DNA of 32,000 nucleotides. Origin: Burkholderiaceae bacterium. GTDB taxonomy: Bacteria; Pseudomonadota; Gammaproteobacteria; Burkholderiales; Burkholderiaceae_E. Below, in pieces: positions 17,937 to 27,360 of this stretch; the stretch's first letter is position 1; every line of letters begins with the position of its first letter. A program made the position numbers and the translations under genes. Location: NCBI GenBank assembly GCA_016710525.1, contig JADJVQ010000038.1:13986-45985 (forward strand). Direction: 5' to 3'. The notes beneath the pieces were generated by a model. That model was given only the letters and a program-made list of their open reading frames with translations, did no database searches and was not told where the DNA came from.

Positions 17937-19124
17937 TTACGCACGCGAGGCAGAGCGGCCTCGGCCATCCGGCAGGCCCCAGGCGATGATCACGCCCAGC
18001 ACGTTGCCGGCAGCGGCGATCAGCACCGCGGTGCCGTACCCCTGCGTGCGATCGTAGAGCCATCCGGCCAGCACCGGCAGACTGACCGCGGCGATGCACC
18101 AGGCGATGTACAGCTGACTGGCCACGCGGCCGAACGAGTTCTTGTGCCAGTACTGGGCGATCGCACCAGCGGTGGTGCCGGAGATGAAACCGTAGCCCAT
18201 GCCGATCATCGTCAGCGCGGGAATGGCCACCCAGGGACCCGGCCACACGCTGAGCAGGATTGCCCCGGCCAGCGAAAACAGGTGCGCGAACACCGCCACG
18301 CGCGGCACCGCGAACCGGTCGACCATCCAGCCGCCGCCGATGCGCGCCGCGGCGATCGCACCGGTGATGAAGGTGGTCGCGCCGAGGGCCAGCATCGTCT
18401 GGCCGCCATAGGCCTGCACGATGCCGGCGGCCTGGCTCATCACCGTGAGGCCGGCCGCGGCGGCCAGGAAAAAGACCGAAAACAGGCGGGCGAAGATTGC
18501 CCAGCGGGGATTGTCGTCGACCGCCACGCCCGGCGTGCTGTCCTGCATGCGGATATCGGCCAGGCGCAGCAGCGCGGCGCTCAGCAGCGAGGCGCCCAGC
18601 ACCGTGGCCGCCAGCCCCGCCAGCGTGGGACGAAGTCCGTAGGCCACGATCGCCCAGCCGAACAGCGGCGCGCCGATCATCGCCCCCAGCGGGTACAGGC
18701 CGATCACATAGCCGTTGACCAGCCCGGTTTTGGTCTGCACGGTCTGGTTGACCCCCTGCTGCACGACGATGAAGGCCACGCCTCCACCCAGCCCGAACAG
18801 CAGCCCGTAGCCCACCATCAGCTCGAACAGACCGCTGGCGCGGGCCGTCAGCGCCAGTCCGACCGCGCTGAACGCGCCGGCCATTGCGATCAGCGTAAAC
18901 GGCGACAGGCGGCGGAACAGAAACGGCGCGAGGTTCATGCCCGCCGTCAGGCTGCAGGCGGCCAGCCCGAAGATCAGGGTCATGTCGGCACGGCTGATGC
19001 CCAGCATGGACTCCATCGGCTTCAGGAAAACACTGAATGCGTAGATGGTCCCGAACGGCAGGTTGATGGCGGTCGCGGCCGCGATCGCGGCAGCCGAACG
19101 CTGACCCGGCGTGAGGGCGCTCAA
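17937..19124 (-). CDS. MFS transporter (oxalate/formate antiporter-like subfamily pattern)
   Basis: 395 aa and highly hydrophobic with about 12 predicted TM segments. The N-terminus INLPFGTIYAFSVFLKPME is typical of OFA-type MFS proteins. The start is a TTG at 19122-19124 without a clear SD, so the start is uncertain. Confidence 0.75.
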   Translation of the reverse strand: MSALTPGQRSAAAIAAATAINLPFGTIYAFSVFLKPMESMLGISRADMTLIFGLAACSLTAGMNLAPFLFRRLSPFTLIAMAGAFSAVGLALTARASGLFELMVGYGLLFGLGGGVAFIVVQQGVNQTVQTKTGLVNGYVIGLYPLGAMIGAPLFGWAIVAYGLRPTLAGLAATVLGASLLSAALLRLADIRMQDSTPGVAVDDNPRWAIFARLFSVFFLAAAAGLTVMSQAAGIVQAYGGQTMLALGATTFITGAIAAARIGGGWMVDRFAVPRVAVFAHLFSLAGAILLSVWPGPWVAIPALTMIGMGYGFISGTTAGAIAQYWHKNSFGRVASQLYIAWCIAAVSLPVLAGWLYDRTQGYGTAVLIAAAGNVLGVIIAWGLPDGRGRSASRA

Positions 19125-19206
19125 GCGGAGTAGGGGCGCGACGGCATCGCCCGATTATCGTCGATGTGCCGCATACGCGGACGGATCGGGCGGCCGGATC
19201 GAAACA

Positions 19207-19224
19207 GCCCGCCTCACGGCGGGC
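19207..19224 (-). terminator. Rho-independent terminator candidate downstream of the Bug remnant
   Basis: On the minus strand the hairpin is GCCCGCC-GUGA-GGCGGGC, followed by UGUUUCGAU. It starts 9 nt after the TAA stop (19233-19235). Confidence 0.5.
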
Positions 19225-19232
19225 CCTTCGGC

Positions 19233-19526
19233 TTATTCGGGCTGGATGCCCGCGTCCTTGATGCTGCGGCCCCACTGGCCATGCTGTTCGACAGCGAACT
19301 TCCTGAACTCCTCGACCGTGGACGGGAACGGCTCCAGCCCCAGGCCCATCATCCGCTCGCGGATCGCCGGCGTGGCCAGCACCTTGTTGACCGCCGCATT
19401 GAGCGTATTGACGATGGCCGGCGCGATCAGGCCGCCACACACGGCAAAGTTGTAACCTGGCACGGTCTCGCCCACGGGCGGCAGATCGGGCAGCAGCGCG
19501 AATACGGCTTTGCGCAACAACTTCAT
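19233..19526 (-). pseudogene. C-terminal remnant of a Bug/TctC-family tripartite tricarboxylate transporter substrate-binding protein
   Basis: The 97-aa ORF aligns by eye only to the last roughly 100 residues of about 325-aa Bug proteins: KLLRKAV..LPDLPPVGETVPGYNF..GGLIAP..IVNTLNAAVNKVL..P..RERM..LGLEP...TVEEFRKFAVEQHGQWGRSIKDAGIQPE. It has short internal gaps relative to that pattern. Only 69 nt separate it from the upstream gene, and that stretch is not Bug-like. Confidence 0.6.
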
Positions 19527-19595
19527 GTGTGTCTCCTGAGAGGGTCGCTCGCCGGGTCGCCACGATGGCGCCCGTTGAATCGCCCCGTAGTCTAC

Positions 19596-20755
19596 TCAGG
19601 ATGCGCGTTCGACCACCACGCCGCGCTCGATCAGTGCCGTCAGATCGGACTGCGCCAGGCCCCAGTCCACGGCGGCAGCGACCCCGCTGGGACCGGGCGC
19701 AACCGGCGCGGCCGGCGTGCCCGCCGGCGTGCGGCTGAAGCGCGGCGCCGGGGCGGGCTGGAGCACTCCGTCGACTTCGATGAACGTGCCGCGAGCCTTG
19801 TTGTGGGGATGGGCCTGCGCCGCACCGGGGGCCAGCACCGGCGCGAAGCAGGCATCGGTCCCTTCGAGCAGCGCGCACCAGTGCGCCGACGGCTTGGACT
19901 TGAAGATCTCGGCAAATCGCCGCTTGTAGGCCGGCCAATGGCGCCGGTCATCGAGCTCGGCAACCCGCTCGACCGGCAGCCCGAGGCGCTCGAACAGCAC
20001 CTCGCGAAACTTCATTTCGATCGGCGCGATGGTGACGAACTCGCCGTCGGCGCACTCGTACACCTCGTAGTGCGGCGCGCCGCTGTCCAGCAGGTTGTCG
20101 CCGCGCACGCCATTGTGCTGGCCGGCGCCCAGGCTGCCGAAGAACGAGGCCATCAGCGTCGCGGCGCCATCGACCATCGCGGTATCGACCACCTGCCCCT
20201 TGCCCGAGCGGGAGGCCTCGAGCAGTGCGCTGACGATGCCGAAAGCGAGCATCAGGCCGCCGCCGCCAAAATCGCCGACCAGGTTCAGGGGCGGTGTGGG
20301 CGCCGCGCCGGCACGGCCGATCGCATGCAGCGCGCCCGACATCGCGATGTAGTTCAGGTCGTGACCGGCCGCCAGGCTGAGCGGCCCTTCCTGGCCGAAA
20401 CCGGTCACCCGGCCATAGACCAGCCGGGATTGATGGCCAGGCAGTCCTGCGGCCCCAGGCCCAGGCGCTCCATCGCGCCGGGACGCAGGCCCTCGATCGT
20501 GGCATCGGCCTTGGCCACCAGACGACGCGCCAGCGCGATGCCCTCGGGATGCTTCAAGTCGACCGCCAGCACCCGCTTGCCGCGGTTGAGCAGGTCGAAG
20601 CGGGTTGGCTTTTGCACGCCCAGGCCGGTGGGCACGGCCCGATCCAGGCGCAGCACATCGGCGCCCAGATCGGCCAGCAGCATGCCGCACATCGGGCCGG
20701 GGCCGATGCCCGCGAACTCGAGGATCTTGAATCCGGCCAACGGGCCTTGTTTCAT
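19596..20755 (-). pseudogene. Family III CoA-transferase (CaiB/BaiF; alpha-methylacyl-CoA racemase-like) interrupted by a -1 frameshift
   Basis: The N-terminal part is ORF 20405..20800 (MKQGPLAGFKILEFAGIGPGPMCGMLLADLGADVLRLDR...CLAINP). The remainder is ORF 19596..20690 (RLVYGRVTGFGQEGPL...LVGDFGGGGL...). The two join if one C is added to the CCC run (GGG at 20426-20428 on the plus strand). The span is 1160 nt, which is not a multiple of 3. Confidence 0.8.
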
Positions 20756-20810
20756 GGTCTGTCCTTCCACGCGAAGCGTTGATTCGATGTGCCGGGTCAA
20801 TGCGGCCAGG

Positions 20811-21977
20811 TCAATACGATTTCGGCAGGCCGAGCACGCGCTCGGCGATGTAGCAGAGGATCAGATGCGGGGTGATCGGGGCAAGGCGGGGCACCATCAC
20901 TTCGCGCAGGTAGCGCTCGACGTGGAACTCCTTGGCGTAGCCATAGCCGCCGTGCGTCATCACCGCCTGCTGGCAGGCGTTGAAACCGGCCTCGCCGGCC
21001 AGGTACTTGGCGGCATTGGCGGCCGCGCCGCAGGGCAGGTTGTTGTCGTACTGCCAGGCCGCCGACATCGTCATCAGCCAGGCCGCTTCGAGTTCCATCC
21101 AGTTCTGCGCCAGCGGATGCTGGATCGCCTGGTTCTGGCCGATCGGGCGATTGAAGACGATGCGCTCCTTGGCATAGGCAGTGGCCCGGCGCAGGGCGGC
21201 ATGACCGAGGCCGACGGCTTCGGCGGCGATCATCACCCGCTCGGGGTTCATGCCGTGCAGGATGTACTCGAAGCCCTTGCCCTCTTCGCCGATACGGTCT
21301 TCGACCGGGATCTGGAAGTTCTCGATGAACAGCTCGTTGGAGTCGATCGCCTTGCGGCCCATCTTGTCGATCTCGCGCGCGGTGATGCGGCTGCGGTCGA
21401 AGTCGGTGTAAAAAAGGCTCAGGCCCTCGGTGGGCCGCTTGACCTCTTCGAGCGGCGTGGTGCGCGCCAGCAGCAGGATCTTGTCGGCCACCTGCGCCGT
21501 CGAGATCCAGACCTTGTGGCCGTCGACCACATACACGTCGCCCTTGCGCACGGCGCGGGTTTTCAGCTGCGTGGTGTTCAGGCCGGTATTGGGTTCGGTC
21601 ACCGCGAAGCAGGCCTTCTGTTTGCCCTGCACCATCGGCGGCAGCATGCGCAGCTTCTGCTCGTGCGTGCCGAACACCACCACCGGGTTCAGGCCGAAGA
21701 TGTTGATGTGCACCGCGGACGCGCCCGACATGCCGGCACCGGACTCGCTGATGGCGCGCGCGACGATGGTCGCTTCCATCACGCCCAGGCCCGAGCCGCC
21801 GTACGCCTCGGGCGTGCACACGCCCAGCCAGCCGTCGGCCGCCAGGGCGTCGTACAGTTCGTACGGAAAGCCGCCTTCCTTGTCCTTGACCATCCAGTAG
21901 TGGTCGTCGAAGTTGCGGCAGATGCGGGCAACCGATTCGCGAATCGATTCCTGCTCGGGGGTCAGTGCGAAGTCCAT
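20811..21977 (-). CDS. Acyl-CoA dehydrogenase
   Basis: I place the start at the ATG at 21975-21977 (MDFALTPEQESIRESV...). ACAD blocks are present: CFAVTEPNTGLNTTQL, GHKVWISTAQVADK, PIGQNQAIQHPLAQ, MTHGGYGYAKEFHVERYLRE. 388 aa. Confidence 0.9.
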   Translation of the reverse strand: MDFALTPEQESIRESVARICRNFDDHYWMVKDKEGGFPYELYDALAADGWLGVCTPEAYGGSGLGVMEATIVARAISESGAGMSGASAVHINIFGLNPVVVFGTHEQKLRMLPPMVQGKQKACFAVTEPNTGLNTTQLKTRAVRKGDVYVVDGHKVWISTAQVADKILLLARTTPLEEVKRPTEGLSLFYTDFDRSRITAREIDKMGRKAIDSNELFIENFQIPVEDRIGEEGKGFEYILHGMNPERVMIAAEAVGLGHAALRRATAYAKERIVFNRPIGQNQAIQHPLAQNWMELEAAWLMTMSAAWQYDNNLPCGAAANAAKYLAGEAGFNACQQAVMTHGGYGYAKEFHVERYLREVMVPRLAPITPHLILCYIAERVLGLPKSY

Positions 21978-22081
21978 GGTGGTGGCCGGCCTATTGAAAC
22001 GGGATCCCGGCACACGCCGGGCAGCAATTGTCGACCGCATCGCCCGTTCCGGCCAAATGAGCGCGAGAGTTTCGAGACGAA

Positions 22082-22110
22082 GGCGTTCCGCGACTGGCGT
22101 GCGGAACGCC
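22082..22110 (-). terminator. Hairpin terminator candidate downstream of the MATE gene
   Basis: A perfect 10-bp stem (GGCGTTCCGC / GCGGAACGCC) with a 9-nt loop starts 13 nt after the MATE stop. On the minus strand it is followed by UUCGUCUCG, a weak U-tract. Confidence 0.4.
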
Positions 22111-22122
22111 CCAGGGTGCGCT

Positions 22123-23559
22123 TCAGGCAGCCCACCGAGTCCGGTAGACACTCGTGATGATCATCACGCCATAGATGAAGATGCCCGAGGCCGCCAGCGC
22201 GCAGATCGCCCACAGCGGCGCTCCCAGCAGGGTCAGCAGCGAACCGCCCACGAGAATGACCAGCAGCCGCGCACTGGCCGACAGCACCGGCCAGAGCACG
22301 CGACCGGCCCCCTGCGAGGCGAAATACAGTGCCGCCCCCATCGCCAGCAGGACATACATCGGCCCCACCCAGTGCAGGTACAGCCCTCCGGTGGCCAGCA
22401 CCGCGGCATCGGTGCTGAACATGGTTGTCCACCAGGCCGGATACACACTGGCTGTCAGACCCAGCAGGCCGCAGGGCAGCGCACCCATCGCCGCGCCGGT
22501 GAAGGCAGCCCGCTTGGCGCGCCGCTCGTTGCCCGCGCCCACCGCGATGCCCACCATCGGCACCAGCGCCTGCCCGAACGCGAAGACCACCGACATCATC
22601 AGCAGTTCCAGCCGGACGCTCACTCCGTAGCCGGCCAGCGCGGCCGTGCCGTAGCGGCCGATGATTCCGGTGAGCAGCAGAGCGCCCAGCACCTGCTGCA
22701 GTGCCGACAAGGCCGACAGCCCGCCGACCCGCAGGATCCGCACGAATCCTTCGCGGTGCAGCCGCAGGTCGCTGCGCCGCGGCCGCAGGCGGCTGCCCGG
22801 GCGAAAGACCGCGATCGCACCCAGCAGAGTGGAGGTGCCCGCGGCGCAAAGGTAGGCGATCGCCGCGCCGCGAATGCCCATCGCCGGAAAACCCGCCCAG
22901 CCCAGCACGAGCGCCCCCGAGATCGGGATGTGGACGAAATAGGCGACCACCTGCACCAGCGCCGGCAGCACGGTGTTGCCGGTGCCGCGCAGCAGGCTGG
23001 AGAAGGTGTTGGTCAGCCAGACGAACAAGGCGCCCGCGAACAGCAGGTTGGAGTAAGCCAGCGCCAGCGACAACGGCCGCCCGGTTCCGCCCAGCAGGCG
23101 AAAGATCGCCTGTCCCAGGCCCAGCATCAGCGCCGTGTAGGCCAGCCCGGCGACGATGGCGATCAGGCAGGCATGGATGACCACGGAACGCGCCCCCGCT
23201 TCATCGCCCGCGCCGAGGGATCGGGCCACCGCCGAGGACACGCCACCGCCCATCGCGCCGCCCGACAGCATCTGCAGCAGTTGCACCATCGGGAACACCA
23301 GCGAAAACCCGGCCAGCGACTCGGTGCCCAGCCTGCCGATGTAGTAGGTGTCGGCCACCGACACCGAGACCTGGAACAGCACCAGCACCAGGGCCGGGCC
23401 GGCGAGTTTCAGGATCGTGGGGACGATGGGGGCGTCGAGCAGCGGATGGGCGCGACGGCCGGCACTGGTGTGCGCCGCGGCGACAGGTGAAGGGGCCGCC
23501 GCCGCATGGGCTGGGGCGGCCCCACCCGGCGTGGCGGGCGGTTCAGTGGTACGACTCAT
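22123..23559 (-). CDS. MATE-family efflux transporter
   Basis: 478 aa. PIVPTILKLAGPALVLVLFQVSVSVADTYYIGRLGTESLAGFSLVFPM is a typical MATE N-terminal motif, and 12 TM-like segments are visible. Confidence 0.9.
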   Translation of the reverse strand: MSRTTEPPATPGGAAPAHAAAAPSPVAAAHTSAGRRAHPLLDAPIVPTILKLAGPALVLVLFQVSVSVADTYYIGRLGTESLAGFSLVFPMVQLLQMLSGGAMGGGVSSAVARSLGAGDEAGARSVVIHACLIAIVAGLAYTALMLGLGQAIFRLLGGTGRPLSLALAYSNLLFAGALFVWLTNTFSSLLRGTGNTVLPALVQVVAYFVHIPISGALVLGWAGFPAMGIRGAAIAYLCAAGTSTLLGAIAVFRPGSRLRPRRSDLRLHREGFVRILRVGGLSALSALQQVLGALLLTGIIGRYGTAALAGYGVSVRLELLMMSVVFAFGQALVPMVGIAVGAGNERRAKRAAFTGAAMGALPCGLLGLTASVYPAWWTTMFSTDAAVLATGGLYLHWVGPMYVLLAMGAALYFASQGAGRVLWPVLSASARLLVILVGGSLLTLLGAPLWAICALAASGIFIYGVMIITSVYRTRWAA

Positions 23560-23670
23560 CGGCGCAGTGTAGTGGCGCCCCGCCCCCCTTGCTTATACTC
23601 GGCCCACGGCTGATTCCGATTCACCCCAGTCAGCCGATTCCATCCCCGGACCTGCATTCGGAAAGCCATC

Positions 23671-24693
23671 ATGTTCGAACCCACACTGGCCGGCAGCCTG
23701 CCCAAACCGGCCTGGCTGGCCGAGACCCACAAGCTCTGGCCGCAATGGAAGAGCGCGGGCGACGAGCTGCGCGATGCCAAGGCCGACGCCACGCTGCTGT
23801 GGCTCAAGCTCCAGGAGGACGCCGGCCTTGCGATCGTCAGCGATGGCGAACAGTCGCGACAGCACTTCGTGCACGGGTTTCTCGAAGCGGTCGAAGGAAT
23901 CGACTTCGAGCACAAGGTCAAGATGGGCATCCGCAACAACCGCTACGACGCCATGGTGCCGCAGGTGGTGGGCGAGCTGCGGCTCAAGGGCCGGGTGCAT
24001 CAGGCCGAAGCGCGCCTGGCCCGCGCCCACACCGAGCGCAAGCTGAAGATCACGCTGCCCGGCCCGATGACCATCGTCGACACCGTGGCCGACCGCTTCT
24101 ACGGCGACAAGGCCAAAATGGCGATGGCGTTCGCGGGCTTGCTGAACCAGGAGGCCCATGCCCTGCAGGCCGATGGCGTGGACGTCATTCAGTTCGACGA
24201 GCCGGCCTTCAACGTGTTCATGGACGAGGTCACGGTCTGGGGCATCGACGCCCTGCACCGGGCCATCGACGGCCTCACCTGCACCACCGCGGTCCACATC
24301 TGCTACGGCTACGGCATCGCCGCCAATGTCGACTGGAAGAAAACGCTCGGGCAGGAGTGGCGCCAGTACGAAAAGATCTTCCCGGCGCTGGCCGCCAGCC
24401 GCATCGATCAGGTTTCGCTGGAATGCGCCGGCTCGCAGGTGCCGGCCGAACTGATGGCCCTGCTGGCCGGCAAGGATGTGCTGGTCGGTGTGATCGACGT
24501 CGCCTCGGATCGCGTCGAGACACCTGAAGAGGTCGCCGACACGATCGGACGGGCCTTGCAGTTCGTTGCGCGCGAACGCCTGTTTCCGTGCACCAACTGC
24601 GGCATGGCCCCGATGGACCAGAGCATCGCGCGCCGCAAGCTCGAGGCCCTGGCCAAGGGCGCGCAGCTCGCCCGCCAGCGCTACGGCGGCTGA
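23671..24693 (+). CDS. Cobalamin-independent methionine synthase (MetE) C-terminal-domain-like methyltransferase, short form
   Basis: 340 aa. SDGEQSRQHFVHGF, IQFDEPAF, HICYGY and the C-terminal FPCTNCGMAP (Zn-ligand context) match the COG0620/MetE catalytic domain. Confidence 0.75.
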   Translation: MFEPTLAGSLPKPAWLAETHKLWPQWKSAGDELRDAKADATLLWLKLQEDAGLAIVSDGEQSRQHFVHGFLEAVEGIDFEHKVKMGIRNNRYDAMVPQVVGELRLKGRVHQAEARLARAHTERKLKITLPGPMTIVDTVADRFYGDKAKMAMAFAGLLNQEAHALQADGVDVIQFDEPAFNVFMDEVTVWGIDALHRAIDGLTCTTAVHICYGYGIAANVDWKKTLGQEWRQYEKIFPALAASRIDQVSLECAGSQVPAELMALLAGKDVLVGVIDVASDRVETPEEVADTIGRALQFVARERLFPCTNCGMAPMDQSIARRKLEALAKGAQLARQRYGG

Positions 24694-24712
24694 GGCCGCG
24701 AGGGCTGGCGGG

Positions 24713-25834
24713 TCACGACCGCGCCAGCCAATCCCGAGGGCGCAGCAACGGATATCCGAGCGCACCCGCCACCACCGGGTGCACCACCTCGCCGCGCGCC
24801 ACATTCAGTCCGGCCAGCAGATGCGCGTCGTCGGCCATCGCCTGGCGCCAGCCTTTGTCGGCCAGCGCGAGCACGAAGGGCAGCGTGGCGTGATTGAGCG
24901 CGTGAGCCGAAGTGCGCGGCACTGCGCCCGGCATGTTGGCCACGCAATAGTGGATGACGCCGTCGACCTCGAAGGTGGGCTCGGCATGGGTCGTGACGCG
25001 CGAGGTCTCGAAGCACCCGCCCTGGTCGATGGCGACGTCGACCAGCACCGCCCCTTTGCGCATCCGGGCGACATGCTCGCGCGTGACCAGCCGCGGCGCC
25101 ACACCGCCGGGCACCAGCACCGCGCCGATCACCAGATCAGCCTGGCGCAGCTGGGAGGCGAGCGTTTCGCGATCTGAGTACGCGGTGATCACGCGCGCGC
25201 CGAAGCGGGCCTCGATCCGGCGCAGGGCGTCCAGCGAACGGTCCAGCACCGTCACGATCGCGCCCGACCCGACCGCCATGATGGCGGCATTGGTGCCGAC
25301 CATGCCGGCGCCCAGCACCAGCACCCGCGCGGGCTCGACTCCCGGCACGCCGCCCAGCAGGATGCCCATGCCCCCGCGGCTGCGCTCCAGGCTGGCGGCA
25401 CCGACCTGGATCGACAGCCGCCCGGCCACTTCGGACATCGGCGCGAGCAGCGGCAGGCCGCCGCCGCTGGCGGTGACGGTCTCGTAGGCGACGCACACCG
25501 CGCCGCTGGCCAGCAGATCGCGGCACTGCCCGGGGTCGGGCGCAAGATGCAGGTAGGTGAACAGCACCTGTCCGGCCCGCAGCCGCGCCCGCTCGGCCGC
25601 CTGCGGCTCCTTGACCTTGACGATGAGGTCGCTGAGGGCGAACACCTCCGCCCCCGACGCAACCAGGCTGGCGCCGGCCTCGCGGTAGTCGGCATCGCCG
25701 GCGCCGATGCCGGCCCCGGCGCCGGTCTCGACCACGACGCGGTGGCCGTGCGCGACGACTTCACGGACCGAAGCGGGCGTCAGGCCCACCCGATACTCGT
25801 GGACCTTGATCTCCCTTGGCACGCCGACGAGCAT
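24713..25834 (-). CDS. ald: Alanine dehydrogenase
   Basis: The ATG at 25832-25834 has a perfect [28 protein letters not shown]...KVKEPQ...FTYLHLA...[14 protein letters not shown]...[14 protein letters not shown] is the canonical Ald pattern. 373 aa. Confidence 0.95.
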   Translation of the reverse strand: MLVGVPREIKVHEYRVGLTPASVREVVAHGHRVVVETGAGAGIGAGDADYREAGASLVASGAEVFALSDLIVKVKEPQAAERARLRAGQVLFTYLHLAPDPGQCRDLLASGAVCVAYETVTASGGGLPLLAPMSEVAGRLSIQVGAASLERSRGGMGILLGGVPGVEPARVLVLGAGMVGTNAAIMAVGSGAIVTVLDRSLDALRRIEARFGARVITAYSDRETLASQLRQADLVIGAVLVPGGVAPRLVTREHVARMRKGAVLVDVAIDQGGCFETSRVTTHAEPTFEVDGVIHYCVANMPGAVPRTSAHALNHATLPFVLALADKGWRQAMADDAHLLAGLNVARGEVVHPVVAGALGYPLLRPRDWLARS

Positions 25835-27305
25835 CGATCGTCCTCCTGGTGCTGCGCGCCCCCAGGCAGGCGTGGTGATACGCCCTGCGGCGCGGGGCCC
25901 GCGGGCCGAGCACCTCACGCAGCTTGCCGCTGACCGGATCGGACTGCGGGGCGCGCGCATCACGCCGGATCGTGACATGGCCCAGTCCGTGCCGCGACAG
26001 GTAAGCGCGCAAACAGGCCACCAGCCGCTGCCAGACCACCTCGGGCTGTTCGCCCGACGGCGGGTCGAAGCGGATCCGCAGCGCCCGCCGCCCGGTCTGG
26101 ATCACCTGGAACCGGTGCACACCCGAGCCCTCCTCGATGACGGTCGCCAGCGCCAGGGGCACCAGTCTGACCGATTGTCCGTTCAGCGTCTGGAGCACGA
26201 CGATGTCGTCCCGGCGTCCGTCGACATCGATCATCGGAAACGGCGAACCGCATGCGCAGACGCCCGGGCGCAGCGTGATGCTGTCGCCCAGGTCGTAGCG
26301 CACCAGCGGCTGCACATGGTTCGCGAGATTGGTCAGCAGCACGCTGGCCGACGCCTGACCGGGTTCGGTCGGCCGGCCCTCGGAGTCGATCGGCTCCAGG
26401 ATCACCCAGTCGCTGTTCAGATGGAGCGCGCCATGCCCGCAGTCGAACGCCATCTGCATGCACTCCGAGGCGCCGTACCCGTTGACCACCTGGCAGCCGA
26501 GCGCCCGTTCGATTTCGGTGCGCTCGGCGTCGGCCAGGGTCTCGCCGCCGCTCCAGGCGACCCGCGGTGCGATGCGCAGGCGCCCGGCCTCGCGTTCGGC
26601 CGCGAGCAGCAGCAGGGTGGTGGGATAACTGGCGATCACCTGCGGATCCCAGGCGTTGAGGGCGTCGACCAGCGAGTCGATCGGCTCCAGCACCGAGAAC
26701 GAACGGGTCAGCGACCGAACCCATGGATTGGCGGATCGCAACCGCTCCCAGGACACGACACCGGCAAAGTGCCCGCCCAGCGCCACGATCATCGCGAACC
26801 GGTGACCCGCGGCCAGGCTGCGCAGCGGCGAAGCCGCCATCGCCCGTGCGGGACAGCGCAGTGTCGACAAGGCATCGTAGATCGACAACGCGCGCGCATC
26901 CTGCACGAAGACGCCGGGGCTGCCGGTGCTGCCGGAACTCGTCCAGACGGTGTATCGGCCCAGGTACTGCTCGCCGATCCGTTGCGGATCGGCGATGAAC
27001 GGCAGGACCTCGTCGAGGCGGATCTCGGGATCGGTGACCCACTCGTCGAAATGCCCCATCAGTTCGACCTTGCCGATCGGGGCGAGGCGCGCAAAGCCGG
27101 CCACTCCGGCCGGTGCGTCGGCAAAACGGGTGCGATAGACGGGTGACCGGGCCGCCGCAGCCTCGAGCAGGGCCTGCAGCCGCGCCTCGCGCTGACGGGC
27201 GATGGCGCGGGCATCGCCCATGGCGCTCATCCACACTTCCTGGGTCGCCGCGCCCCAGCGCAACCAGTCCGAGAGCGCGCCAACCGGGTCGAACGGCCAC
27301 GTCAT
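25761..27305 (-). CDS. PaaK/CapK/F390-synthetase-like adenylate-forming enzyme
   Basis: The ATG at 27303-27305 has a GGAGAG SD. ANL motifs are present: WTSSGSTGSPGVF, NGYGASE, RYDLGD, VDGRRDDIVV. The Arg/Pro-rich last roughly 48 aa run 74 nt into ald and look like read-through. 514 aa. Confidence 0.75.
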   Translation of the reverse strand: MTWPFDPVGALSDWLRWGAATQEVWMSAMGDARAIARQREARLQALLEAAAARSPVYRTRFADAPAGVAGFARLAPIGKVELMGHFDEWVTDPEIRLDEVLPFIADPQRIGEQYLGRYTVWTSSGSTGSPGVFVQDARALSIYDALSTLRCPARAMAASPLRSLAAGHRFAMIVALGGHFAGVVSWERLRSANPWVRSLTRSFSVLEPIDSLVDALNAWDPQVIASYPTTLLLLAAEREAGRLRIAPRVAWSGGETLADAERTEIERALGCQVVNGYGASECMQMAFDCGHGALHLNSDWVILEPIDSEGRPTEPGQASASVLLTNLANHVQPLVRYDLGDSITLRPGVCACGSPFPMIDVDGRRDDIVVLQTLNGQSVRLVPLALATVIEEGSGVHRFQVIQTGRRALRIRFDPPSGEQPEVVWQRLVACLRAYLSRHGLGHVTIRRDARAPQSDPVSGKLREVLGPRAPRRRAYHHACLGARSTRRTIDARRRAKGDQGPRVSGGPDARFGP

Positions 27306-27360
27306 CTCGCTCTCCAAAGCCGGACTGCCAGGGATCGGCCCGGCGCCGTCGGCAACGGCC

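Noticed and set aside
16027-19938. A 1303-aa ORF on the minus strand, the longest in the track
   Set aside because: Only its last 295 codons (16027-16914) look like a real protein of the VOC family. Upstream it runs in the wrong frame across the SDR, MFS, Bug and CoA-transferase genes, with Arg/Gly/Ala/Pro-rich composition typical of stop-free shadow frames in 70% GC DNA.
19164-22157. A 997-aa plus-strand ORF
   Set aside because: It is antisense to the clearly recognisable CoA-transferase and acyl-CoA dehydrogenase genes. Its composition (R, G, A, H, D, Q, L-rich) is that of an antisense shadow frame, and I see no recognisable motifs.
23560-23670. A possible cobalamin or SAM riboswitch upstream of the MetE-like gene
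   Set aside because: The leader is only about 110 nt. It lacks anything I recognise as a B12 box or SAM-II core. Only a short CCGATTC direct repeat is present. This does not support a call.
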